A DNA stretch of 64,000 nt from NCBI GenBank assembly GCA_002633005.1, contig NMRA01000037.1, forward strand, positions 310,001-374,000, in the 5' to 3' direction. Under the pieces are notes generated by a model, which had not been told where the DNA came from, made no database searches, and saw nothing but the letters and a program-made list of their open reading frames with translations. This DNA is from Phoronis australis (Eukaryota; Animalia; Phoronida). Below are positions 1 to 13,600 of this stretch, one piece after another (position 1 is the first letter of the stretch; each line of letters starts with the position of its first letter). The translations under genes were made by a program, and so were the position numbers.

Positions 1-3000
1 ACAGCTAAACAGTGGCGAAATGCAACTTTAACTTTTTTGGCATTAGTCTGATGTAACGTGCCCGTATTTTGAGAACCAGTTTGATGCACATTATTCAGTG
101 GAGAAAACTGGTCCTCAAAATTCGGACACATTGTATTGGGCCATTATCAATTGTTTTCTCCGCCATATTTGGTCTTCCAAAGCAACACGACGGGATTCTC
201 ATCCTTTGTGTAATTGAAAGTGGTCACAAGAATACACCTGGAATTCCCTTGGCGGCCTTACTGCTCGGTCAGTTTAAACTAGCCCTCCGTGGCGAACAAC
301 TTAATGAGACTTGACTGAAGCAGTAATAACTGGCAGTTCTTCTGAAGTGTAGATGTCATTTACGTCCTTGTTGATGATATTGACCTTTAGTCAAAATTTT
401 GAATAACTAGTCCCACAGAAGTTCATCATATGCCTGGTAATACAAAATGAGCCATTTCGCTTGAGTAACAAAAAGATCTCGTCTCTCGATTGCACAGAAA
501 CAAAATGAGAAATTTTATAATAAATCTCTTTGTGATTGAACCTGTTTTCAACAGAAGGCGCGGGTTTATTGCACCTTTGATTTGGGTATAGCTGGGCCCA
601 CTTATTTTTGTCATGACGACGGGTGTTTCGGTTTGTACGGTATCCGTCTTTTTCTGTAGTTTTCACACAACGTGTCTGAACATACAACTGTGAGAACTGA
701 ATGATGGCCACTGAAACTAAATAATGCAATGAGACACCTGAAGTGTAAGTTATGAAGTCCGTCATGTTCAACAAGAAACTGAAACTTACTTGGTTGCCAG
801 TTCTGTTTCTTAAATTTCGAGTAGTTAGCTTTCAATCTACAAAGTTGGTATTTTATCAGTCTTTCTAGTGCTTCTCGAATATGGGACTGCCAATATAGCC
901 TATTTCTAGAATTTGGGCGAAACTCAGACCTTGAGCAAAATAATAATTTTTTTCTCTGTCCCAAATTGGAGAATTTTCACCATACTATGTTTTGTGGATC
1001 TAAGACTGGGCGAGCATAGCTAGTGCGATCACCTGCTTCACTTGCATTGCATAGCGATATCTCCTCGCTTGATCTTGCATTCTCACAAGATTCTTGTGTC
1101 CACGGATGGCAGCCCTTATTGTACAAACACCCTCCTGTCAGTGAGCAGCTTTCTACTCTTTTATTCTTATGATAAAAGAGCTGGGGTCTTCGTGAACGAC
1201 ACCTGGTGAATATCAAGTCATCCATCGCTCAACTTGATTGTGCAGCCACCATTGAGAATGATGGCCAAAAGTTGAAAGACATTGCCTGTGTATTTTAATC
1301 ACTAAGTATTTTGCTCAGATTGAAATGGTTCCCACATCACGAATCTCTGCGTAGTAACCTGAAGTTATATTCATGAAAGTTACATTTACAAAACACATGC
1401 AAGAAAAATTTAATAGCTTTATTTTATAGTTTGATTTAAAGATTACAAATTTTCAGTACTCTGCAACATACAAAGGTAACAAATCGTGTCAAAACAAGTG
1501 ATCTAATTAATCTTTTTTATTACATAATCTTTACAAACTTCTGACGCCTAAAATTAAGTGCTGCTTGAAATAAAAACATTTTCTCAAAATATGAAATAAT
1601 TCAAATCGATTTGCAAGTCATGATGTTAACTGTACTGATGGCATGCCAGTTCATCAAATAATCAGTTGCGGCAATGTTTGCTTCAAGCTCTTCTTGAAAA
1701 GTTGACACCTGCGATGGGTCTACTTTCTGAACTTGAAAATCAAATAAAAAAATGACCAGTTGTATGGCACACTTCTAGTCTGAGTGTAGTCCGAGTACGA
1801 ACCATAGACCCCTTGCCCTGGTCATAACGAAATTGAAACCGACTAGTGCACGTCAAGATTCAAATCAGTACAGCAAAGTTTCCTCAAATTCCAACAAAAA
1901 TAATGGCCGAAATTCTCATTTTTTTGAACGCTCTCTGTTTTGCAAAAAATGTTCAAAATTTCATTGTGTGTTTGTTGATGACAACCACACTATATAAAGT
2001 ATTCAAATAATCAATATTGCTTTCCTAAAACAAAAGTTCATTATTCTGCCGTAATGAATTCTAATTTGAAGAAACTTTACGGTACACTGTTACAAGGATC
2101 ATTAACATGGAAAAATAACTTGACAAACTACTCGCAGTTTCTCCATCGTGATAACTAAGTTCGTTTACAGCGCAAATGAGTTCCAATGACTCACCATGGC
2201 AACTAATTCCTAATTACTGAGTCACATTAACACCTTGCCAATTTAACTCTGAATTTCTCATCATCCTCGGTTACAACGGACGGCTAACACAATGATGAAT
2301 TCCACTTGCTCCCAGCCTCCCTGATGGATACTTTATCCCATTAATTTTGCCATGTTATGTGGTGCGCATGGATAACAATTTTCCAGAAAAGGCAAGAAAC
2401 ATCGTAAAGCAAGAATACTGATTAAACACTTCAACGAAATAAACATGTTTTGTGAAGACTTGAATAGTAGTTTTCCAGCTGGTTATAACCGAAATATTCA
2501 TTAAATTTAAGTCACATAACACCCAACTGCTATCAAGCACTCTATACTTACTGCATGGCACAGTGGAACAAAACAACCATGTGAATTAAACACACAACAC
2601 TTGTCAATATCAAAGTAATCCAGTCAATGTCTCACAAAGTTACTAAGAAAAATTGGATCAACAAAGGAGTTTCCAAGACTCGAAGAAAATGAAGGTAACT
2701 TCAACCAAGATTACAGTGTAGCAGTTATGCCTAATAAGTAACTTGTCGAAATTCCACTACCGTAGATGTAGATTTTTAAAATTAATTATCACTGCTAGAT
2801 TACCCCCAACTGATGCAGGAAGTGTATGGGTATAATTAGACTAATCAACCATCTTAGATCAAGGGAAAATTCTGTATGCTGTCTAAAGAAAATATACATG
2901 TATATTAGAAAAATATGAAGAAATCTTATCAATTGTTTAAACACACTGACAGCAGAAAAACAGTAACAGGCAACAATGAATAATTCCACCACAAAAATAC

Positions 3001-3433
3001 GAAGTCATGTTCGCACAGGTATCTTGTTCAACAACACTAAGTATTGAACCATTGCATGCCAACTTAACCCAAATAGAACTCAACAACTTTTTCTTGGCGA
3101 TGGTGTTATGATGACTATTGCTTGGAATAAATTCAGTGATGTCCTGCAGGTGAACATAAACTGATCTACATTTTCATATTTTCCAACTTGACTTGCCATT
3201 GCTGGTCACAATACTACAGGCACAAGTAAAACTTGGGTTAACAAAGCTACCACTAGGGGTCGTCACAGTCTAGAGACACTAGGACTTTCAATAAATCAAT
3301 GGTGTTTGTGACACCAAGCTCTAACAACACTGCTCAGATAAAATAATATCAACGTTCAGTAAAACATTTCTCCTCTGACCTGTATTTCAATATGGCACAA
3401 TGCTTAACAGGACATGGGCTTCAGAGGGGCTCC

Positions 3434-3439
3434 TTTATT
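3434..3439 (-). terminator. Candidate polyadenylation signal of Ets1/2 (a further AATAAA lies at 1418-1423)
   Basis: tttatt on plus is AATAAA on minus, about 820 nt after the stop codon. Confidence 0.35.
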
Positions 3440-4260
3440 GCAAGTTTTATAAACGCATAAAAAAATAGCCATGCAATTAAGAGCATAACCCCTTTGATAT
3501 CAGCAACTGAGAAACAAACTTTGCAACTATTTTTAAAATTTTCTTTTTAAAAAATTATACAATAACATCATCGGTAATCATCAATAATACAGCTACAATA
3601 AACAAGTACTTAGATATAGATATGTGACATTATGTACACTTTGTACAGAGTCTATAACTATCTCCCTTTTCACTGATCTCCATAAAATGGTCGAGTTCAA
3701 ACATTATCCCTAGATAAGAAACCAGTGCTTACTTTTTAAAAGAAACAAAACCAGGCAGTGTTTTAGTAAATTGTTAAGTATAAAAACAAATTTCATATTT
3801 TTGAAAACGGTTGACTTTTTAAACAAAAAATGTCGACATAAGATAGCATAAAAACGCAAATATTTACAAATCCAGCGAGATCCACCTTGTTACCTCTATC
3901 TTTCTAATACTGAAACAGTCTCGAGCAAGGACCATATTAGATCAATCACAAAAGTATCAAAGAGGTAACAAAGGCATGCCGGCACTCACCCAGATGACAA
4001 CACTAGGCTACTGTCTTGCCACATGTGGTCAAAAAATACTAATCTATGAACCGGTATCACAAATGACTAGTCTATCACACACTGCTCAGCAGTTGTGCTT
4101 AAACATTGGGCAAGAAACAAACACACTGTGCGTAGCACTCTAAAAGGGGTTGTCTGGGCAACGGCTTGCTTCCAACAATTTCACTCTAACATGAAATGGC
4201 CAGGTTTGCCTTCCAAAATAAGACTCAAGTACGTGCTGATGACACGCCACCTGTAGTCAA

Positions 4261-4604
4261 CTACTCATCATCCTTGTCCTTCTGTGGTTGGATGTCGCAC
4301 GCCGTGAACAACTCTTCAGGCGTGTATCCCAGAAGGCTGTGCAGGTCACAGACAAACCGATAGACGTATCTCTTTCCGGCAGTTTTATGAATAATGTTTT
4401 TATCATAATAATATCGCAGTCCACGACTTAGTTTTTCATAGTTCATTTTGGGTTTGTTTTTGCGGATTCCCCACCGACGCGCGACCTCATCTGGATCAGA
4501 CAGTTTGAACTCCCAACCATCTCCAGTCCAGCTAATGAAGTGCTGGCATGTCTTGTCTGTTAGCAGCTCCAGAAGAAACTGCCACAGTTGAATAGGACCA
4601 CTTC
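4261..4604 (-). CDS. Ets1/2: Ets1/2 last coding exon, ETS DNA-binding domain
   Basis: Acceptor ttacag|GAAGTGGTCCT; encodes [46 protein letters not shown]...KDKDDE*. Confidence 0.98.
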
Positions 4605-7600
4605 CTGTAATGCAAATAATAAAAGAGGTGTGAAAAATCTCTTAATATTGGGTCAATCAATGTTCATTTTGAACAGACAATGTAACAGTGCTTTTTGGGT
4701 ACATTCTTCTATAGACAACACAGCAGTTTGAAAATTTCCAAATATCTTCCACATCAAAAAACTTGTTGTCAGAGTTTTCAAAGCAGCAATTTCAATAAAT
4801 GCTCTTATGATTTACAATTGATTTCCTTTTAAATTCCTTTACCAGTGTCCTCTTGCAAACAGTGAAATACAATTCACATTAACACCCCTAACCCCCCCCC
4901 CCAATGGTAGTGGAGTCTTGTATAAAGTACTGTATCCTGTTCCAAGAACCTGACGAAAGTTCATTTTTTACTTAAGTCTAAGATTTGTCACAACTTCTAA
5001 ATTTTGAAACTTTCACATCCGGTAAGTTAGTCAAATTAAGACAAATTTCAAGTCAAAATCTCAAGTCGAACTTAACATACCTTTCTTGAAATGGACTTGA
5101 GACAAATTTATGTTTTATCTTAAATTTGACTGAAATTTAAGGATTGTCTATTAAGCTAAGTCAGTTTTCTTGGAACGGTTGCCTGGGCCATTATAATGAT
5201 GCAACAAACTGGTCATTACCTGAGTACCCAGCCAGTGCGGCAGCCTGTATCATGGGCTTAGACTCCATCATCCCATAATACTGTGGAGGAAGATAACCCA
5301 TGTCGTACTGACTGCCACAGAGATGTCGCTTCTCTCCATTAGCCCAGGTGTCGTTAAGGTTCGACCAACGGTCGGGTACAGTCTGGTATTGTTTCTCAAA
5401 AAAGCTGTTCACCTGCTGTTGTTGTTCTTCGTGAGACATTTCATGCAAGTATTTACCTGTAATGAACAAAAAAATCGTCTTAACTGTGAAAAACAGTTCA
5501 CACTTTGCGGAACATGAACAGAGTCAATAGCACAGTATCCATGGGGATTGTATTTTCCGATTTTCTATTGATTACAAGACACTTGACTAATGCTTAGTAC
5601 TTTCATCCAAACTACACCACAACTGCCTGCATCAACCAGCCCTCGTGAACAAGCTGGTGCAAGCCAGAGAAATCATTTATTAAGGCAGTTGTTAAGATTC
5701 ATATGAGCATGGGATTTAAGAAAACAGATCTTCCCTTTTGTTGGGACATTTCCATCACTTACATTCTTGCATGGATAGTAAACACTGCCTACTCCCCATT
5801 CCAAGATAATCAAAGATCTGTATTTAAGGTAGCTTCAAAAACTTTTGATCCTGCCTCTAAGTTCCTAGTGGTAAGAGAAACTTTAGACTGTATATTCTTC
5901 ACAAACAGTGGTGTTGATTGTTTTTGCCATTGAATTCTGTCGAGTTTCAATGTGGTAAACCGAAAGCTCTGGCCTTTCCCCCACTAAGTGTGGTAGGCAA
6001 AATTGTTGACAAAATTATCAAAAGCTAGCAGAGAAAAATACAAGGAGGCTTTTCAAAGGCAACGCTTACTAAGTGAGATTTGTTTCGTTTTTCCCTCGGC
6101 TACATAATGCTCCCCATGGCACTCTCATTAAAACAAGATTTTTGCATCAAAAATGATTAGACCGGAGGAACTTACACCATTGAGATAAATGCCTACTTAA
6201 GTAATCAAGAGCCTCAGTTTATGTACATTATTGTCACACTTTCATAATTAGCATGGCTAATTGCTAGTACCTTGCTGAATCAAGGTACTTTGTGAAGATG
6301 ATGGCGATAACGACGACGATGATGATAGCAAGAGAAATAGTGATAATTGGTCAGTAAAAAGCATACACTTAAGTTACTTTACATTGGTATTACAGCTGTC
6401 TGAGGTGTTTTTACAACGATGTTGAATTCTAAACGGACCATAACACTTAACAAAAAGGGACAATTTTAAACACGATGCATGGTTATTGAATATTCAAACG
6501 TGGCACAGGAACCAAAGTCTAAATTCAAACTTGTATTTGTGGCCAGTCAAAACAGGCCACGGAGAACAGGGGCGGATCCAGGATTTTTTAAAAAGGGGGT
6601 CCAAGTCAACAATTTGAAAATTCCTAGATTTGATGTCACTAAAATCAATGGAAAATGGGGGTCTAGACCCCCTTGACCCTCCTGGATCTACCTGTGGAGG
6701 ATGCCAAGCTTCAGAAACGTCCTTTGATAACAATGGGACCATCTTCTGATGAAGTTAGTGATGACAATAGAAACCAGTTTAGCACGATCAGTTAACGCAC
6801 GATAGACTAACCTTGGGCATTGACTGGGGGTGTATATTTCTGTTCTGGAACCTGTGGGTAAAACTCGGCAGGGTCGTAGTAACTGCCCGTCTGCGATGGA
6901 GTCGACTCGTGGTTGTAATAACCGATGTCTGGACTGTCAGTGCTGGTGTAACTTTTGCCGTTCACTTGACTTAGTGTCTGCTGTGGCGATGACATATTGT
7001 GAGGGACTCTATAACTGCCTGTGAACATCAAACACATATTGTGAGGGACTCTATAACTGCCTGTGAACATCAAACACATATTGTGAGGGACTCTATAACT
7101 GCCTGTGAACATCAAACACATATTGTGAGGGACTCTATAACTGCCTGTGAACATCAAACACTGTTCATGAACGAGTGGTATACGGCTGATAACACAGAAA
7201 CAAGAGTATAGTATCAGTATACAAGAAACAATGGAAATTCTCATGCTGACCTTGGTATTTAGCATGTGAAATACAGAGACAGCCAAGGTAATGCCTTGAG
7301 GACAAAGGGAAAGGTCCGGCTGTATCAGTAAAGTACTTACTAAAATATGAATTTCATTGTGAAAATAGATCATCTCTATTTAATAGTAGGTTACTATCTT
7401 TGAACACCACACCAAGTCATTTCTCGTAGGTCTAAGGATTTCCATCTTTGGTCAAGATTTTCTGCACTGTTTACTTTATATTAACTGTACTCGTTTTAAT
7501 GGGTGACATTCAGGAAACCAATGTGGGCCGATCACGTGGGACTGTGGTCGCCAGGTGGCTGTACCAGGAGGTACTTCTTCTTGTCAGCAAGTGGCATAGG

Positions 7601-10600
7601 GGAAGATGTAAGTCTTTGTAAACAGAACCCCCATTGCATGTGATTAGACGTGATGCATTTTAAACAAAAGGGAAATTGCCTCCCCATCCTCAAGAGGTCG
7701 CTAGTATCTTATCCCATGTCACAGCTTCTTGAAAGCCTCACATTCAATTATTACGAAAAAGTGCCACTTCTTGATTCTTTTCTCAAAATTCTATGAAAAT
7801 CACCAAAAACTGGTTGTTTACTGTGCAGTCTTTGAAAAACATGCTTGCAATAACTGGTAAAAATTTATTTTAAAAAGTTTCAACAATGAATTTTTTCCAT
7901 CTCTAAGTTAAGATGTCTCAAATTTGAGAAACCTGCAAAGTAGGCCCTTTGAAATCGAAACAATGACCATGGATTGCTTCGATCCCACATGTAACTTCGT
8001 AACAAAATGCATGTCTACAATTTGAAAAAAACCACGGTCTCCCATTTTCATATTAAAAAGGTACTTCTAGTTATTACGAATTCAAGCGAATGTCCCGTGT
8101 TAATAATTCTACTATTACTACGCCACACATTTATCATGTATGCAAGATACCGTTTTGACGCGGTGAAAGACTGAAAACAATAACGCACGCATGCTTGCTT
8201 GTACACATAATCAGTGATCAAGTGTAGTAACTTACCGTCCATATACCTTGAATTCGACGCTATTGAGGCCGGGAGGGGAGACTCTGGGGGGTATCCTACA
8301 AAAGAAGATCACGGTGGTGCTTGTTACTACATAAGTCAGATGAAGTGTAACATGGTTAATGTACCACAGTACCCTGCTAATAATAGATCAAGGTAACTAG
8401 GCGGAAGACTAAAACTTCTTTGCATGCCATGCTAAATAAGAACAATGGTCCTTCACTAGAAATTCAAAAATTAAACTTAAAAATGCTATACTGAATTGTT
8501 CATTATCAAGAAATTGACATCAAATTGAAAAAGTTTCATTTGAGAACAAGGTTTTAGCAAATTAGTGGGCAGTAAAATTAATTCATGGAGTTATAATTAA
8601 AACGAATAGAACGTCAAAAAGAGTGGCGTAAAGAGCTGTCTGCACACAGTCATGTGATCTAAACATATTCAGGTTAGATAGAACAAAAACCAAACGTGAT
8701 TTTCCACAACTTGGCTCTGCTTGATTCACACGTCCAGGTCAGCCCAGTTAACTGTCAGCGACAAGTTATTCTTAATTGTGAGACAGAAATTGTCATCGCG
8801 AATCAATCAAATGTTATGGAGGGTTGACCGGGCTGACCTAGCATATACAAGGAGGCGTAGATCAGCTTCACCTATCAACCTTACCAGTGACGCTGGCACA
8901 AAAGCCCTCTTCAAAGTTTGTAGTAAACTCGCTGTAGTTCTCAGGTACATTGGCAAGAGCCGATTTCTGCTGCTCAACATCTAAATAAATAACGAGAAGG
9001 TAATTAGGGAACTGCCGTCACTCATTAGCAATTAGGTTTAAAGTCGTGATTCCGAGAGAAAATAAGCAAAAACATGCAGGAAGTGTAATGGCATTGACAG
9101 ACACGTACCGGCAACTTTTCAAGATCTCGTCAACGTTTACCGTTATTTTCAAACAATGTCAAAATGTCTCTAAATTTGTGCGCAAGATTGCAAATGAAGT
9201 TCGAAGAAAGTTCGAGAAAGACTGAAGATTGGGTAGGGAAGCCCTACACCATTTCTCGGAGTTTAAGCATAAACATTTAGGTTGTCTAAAATAAGTTTTA
9301 CTGTCAGACAGAAATCTCTGCTGTATGCCTCATCACAGGTAATAGAGTTATTATTGACTATGATGCTCATAAGAAATGTGAATGGAAAATTGTAATGAAA
9401 TTTTAGACAGCGTTTTCAATTAACGCATCTCGATTCAAAAATATAAAAGATAAACATGTTTTCTGATCACAAATGACACAACAAACATGTAAATTGTCTA
9501 ATTATGGATTCAAGATTTTTATCATATACAGTGACAAATGACGCTCTGTCTGAAACTAAGTTGGGAAATGGGAATGCTTATCACAAGAATAAATATCTCA
9601 ATAACAAAAAGAAAAGAGAACTTTCATAACGTGACGAGTCGAAATGGAATGGATGCCGCACTTAAATAGATTATGTATTATAAACGTTATATATTACACA
9701 GAGTAACAATGTTGACAATCTCCAAGGAAATTTTGATTTTAGAAAGACAGGTGATTGATGAAATTCGTCAACAAGAGTGACTGTTGCTATTAATCAATAA
9801 CTGATTACCTTTGAGTAATATCTCCAGATGCTCCCACAAGATATCTCCAATGTAGGGTGGAGCAAGTGCAAGGAACGCCTCTCGACCCATTTTGCACAGT
9901 TCCCTCCCCTTTGTACCAAATTTGGTAATGTCAACACCCTCAAGGCTGAACTCCCTGATGGCCCACTGCAGCCATTGGACAACATGAAGCTCACTCCACT
10001 GAGTTGGATCTAAAACACAGACAGGATGAAAGGTTTACTTCCACTGAAACTTCAAGAGACCTTCAACAGCTGGAGGTAAAACTTGTGTCACAAGAGTCTT
10101 TCACGGTGCGATAAGCTCACACATAAGCAGATCTTACCAGGACCTGCAGTATGCATGAGCCATGGGAAGTCTTTCTAGAAATCTTAATGGCTCACAGAAC
10201 TTTGGTGAGGAATTCTCTCAACTTCCCAGAGTCACGAGACATGCAAAAACTGTTTACGGCAGAGCCTATCTGCATGTTTTTTGGCATGAAAACGGATATT
10301 AAGCTGAAAGTTCCTAGTAGCAATATGACCAGTGAGTATCTGAACCACTACAAGTTTTAAAATGTACACAAAATTAGTGTGACAATGGTTTCCATTTTAA
10401 AAATTATGCAGCGCTCTCAGCTTTATTAATACAGTTTTAGTATATGTTGGATGTAACCCTTCTTTCTTACAAGTATCATTGAACACACGACTTGACTTCC
10501 ATTTTTCCAACATGTACTACTAAAGATCACTTCCAATTCCAAATAGTCCACGGAAATAAAATCTACAGTGTTGAAAAAGTGGATAACACCTGCATAAATC

Positions 10601-13600
10601 ATACCAAGGCAGAATTTTTTTATTTCTAATTTTACTCCCACCTTAGATGGTCTATGATGATCAAAGTAGCGGTCTATGATGATCAAAGTACCGTGTAAAT
10701 ATGTTCCAGTAAACTATGTCATCATATCATGATGTGGATTGTTTATTTGTTTGTCATAATGTGCTTGGGACAAATCTTGCGACATCTCACTCTAGATGAC
10801 GGACAGACAATGAATACTACTACATAAAAAACTGGCCACTGAACTAGAAAAAAGAAAGACAAGTCCCGTGTTACTTTTACCTGAAATAAAGTACCTCGTA
10901 GCAAAATGGAAAAAATGTTTTATTTCTTAACCAAAATGCTGTTTATCAGTTAGCTTCATCAGAAACATCGCATTTCAGTCCAGTAAATTGAAATAAAATG
11001 GATTAAAAACATCTTAAGGCAGCAATATTAGCCGCTAACAGAAACTGTCTGCATCATCTGAATTCACTTAACACTGGCATTAGAACGGTGACCCTGAGCC
11101 CCACTCGTGTTCATCTTGGCTGTCAATTTTTTTTCATAATAAAACCACTAAGAGCTGAGGGCATTAATTCTTACCCATTGCCGTTGGTCGGGGCTTAGCT
11201 CTCCGCGGTTTGCCATGACCACACATACTTTGAGAAAAATCAATTAGCCATTTCCAAACTCTGAATCCAGAGGTTTGTAAATACCCCAGAATTCCCAAGC
11301 AGTAGGTTGCACCCACCTGACTGGTCTCAAGCTTGGTGAAACCCACACTAACTGGGTGGGTTGAAAAAATCACTGTAATGACTGCCCTTGTAGCTTTACC
11401 ACGCTATATTCAGAGGTGTTCATGTGGTCAAATGCTGGTGCAGAAGAGGACAAATGACAGCACATGCCAATCAATGACAAACTAAGGTAACCAGATTTCC
11501 TTTATTTAAAGCACTAAATATCAGAAATAAAGATTTTTTAGACTATTTGGAGGACGAGTTTACAGAAATCTCTCAGAAAAGAGAGGGAGAAGGAAAATCT
11601 TGTGAGGCAGATTCATTATCGTCTACATCCTTGTAAAACAAAAGTTTTGTCCTTGCCTGGCAGCTAGCTAGCTGTATGAGTGAATATCCAAATGCAACTA
11701 GAAACCGATGTGCGTAAAAAATTGGCAATTTAAGCAAAGCTCGCTTTCCCAGTTCACCACAACTCTATCTACGGCCCTCTCACCACATGTATCACTCAGC
11801 CGTGCAGACGTTTTTGTGACAACAAAATTCAATTGACATCTATCTAGTTCATTACCATCGTAAGAAAAGACAAACATCGATTTCAAACATTACGGTGGCA
11901 ACAAGCACAGGCACAGTTTGCTCAATTTTAGGTTGCCTTGGGTAATGTCATAATTGTCAAAAGATAGTGAAAATTCGCTGAAGCAAAATTTGCTCAGAAT
12001 TTTAGTTCACTGATAACAAAATACTCAAATGTACCAATGAAGTGAAACCATTTCTGGTAATTTGTTGTAAACTGTGTGAAAACTTGTAAAAAGGGAAATG
12101 CAAAGTGAAGAATCTGGTAAGAAAGAAATTGGCCAACAGATGGCAGTCATCTCATGGCACACATAATAATTCCACAAACAGTAGAATAAAGGAATAATGT
12201 CATTGATTTTATACTAGCAACAAAATTTATTTTTCCAAGAAATATTGTATTTTTTAAGTCATTCATTTGGTGTCAGATTTTGCCACTTTTAACCCGCACT
12301 GACCAAAAGCTGTATTATGCAGTTTTGGACCAAAGCTAATTCCATCCCACAACACAACACACCAACATAAGATAGCAAGCAAACAACAATCTCACAATTG
12401 TTAACAAAACTTTTCATACTATCTTAACCTGTCCAAAAACATGAATGATACAGTGGCCATTTCAAAAAACAAGACATTTGATTTTTCGCAGTAAAACACA
12501 ATTGTGACGAGATTATCGCAGAACGGTAGTGGGGTGAGACTCCTCACATAAACACAAATAGGCGTCTATTGATTATAGAACTACAATGCCGTTGACTAAA
12601 TATTTACCTTTGGGTATATGGAACCTGTCCTGATCTTTCTCGAAGCTTTTGAAACTGTCAATGAGTGCTTGGGACATCTTTTGGTTTGTACCCGGTGTGA
12701 GCGGTGGGACCTGAGCTGAGGGAAGGTCTGCAGAAGAAACACAGGCAACTAAATAAATCGTGGAAATACAGAATAAATAATGGTTCATACAAACATTTGA
12801 CAGTCAGATTTCAGGCCTTTTAAGGGCCTTTTCATGACTTTTTAATATGAGTGTGCAAAAGCACTCGCAGTTGCACATTTATCTGCGTCTTTACCAGATG
12901 AACCAACAGTGCACAGCAGCGTTGGAAAAGAGCCTTTGTTCAACTTTTTCTACTTAAACAGATGACAATTTATTTACAAACAGGTGACATTTTTTCAATT
13001 GCAAGGAGTGCCAAACGGTGTTCCCTACACCTGAAAACCCAACTGTATCGGGAAGAGAGACCATTCAAATGTGACACAATGGTCGACAAACAGATTACCG
13101 TGTCGTGTCGCACGAATCCTCTATAAACCCCCGCACGGCGACATATTATATAAGTTGTAGAGAAGACTAGATGGGATACACGACAGGTAAATTGCAACAG
13201 GATTTCCAAAACAGATACAATTCAGTTGAAAAATGCAAGCATCTAGATTTTCGTACACTAGGATTCTTAAGGGGCAAAAAATCCAAACATGGCTCAAACT
13301 GTTTGGGTTAATGCTTTCACCAGTAACCTTCTTTTTGACAACGGCACTTGATGAACATGTCACCATTATATTCCGTCAAAAGAATAAGAATGAAGTGTAC
13401 TAAGTACTATTGTGCAACCCTGTTTCAATCATTCGTCTTTTTATCAACTCTAGGGCAAAAAAGTTCACGCAGGGTTTTCAAATGTAGTTCAAGGCCATTC
13501 AGTTATGACCCAGTTCCATGTTTGAGAACATGTAACTAGAACTCTGTTTCAACAAAAGTACTGGTGTACGTCACCACCTCCACATTGTCGTGTTATGACT

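Noticed and set aside
977-1225. 82-aa ORF and an alternative-frame exon-like stretch
   Set aside because: No recognisable homology and no partner exons in the window.
6992-7161. CRISPR-like array
   Set aside because: The units are contiguous and identical with no unique spacers, and the context is a eukaryotic intron/exon boundary.
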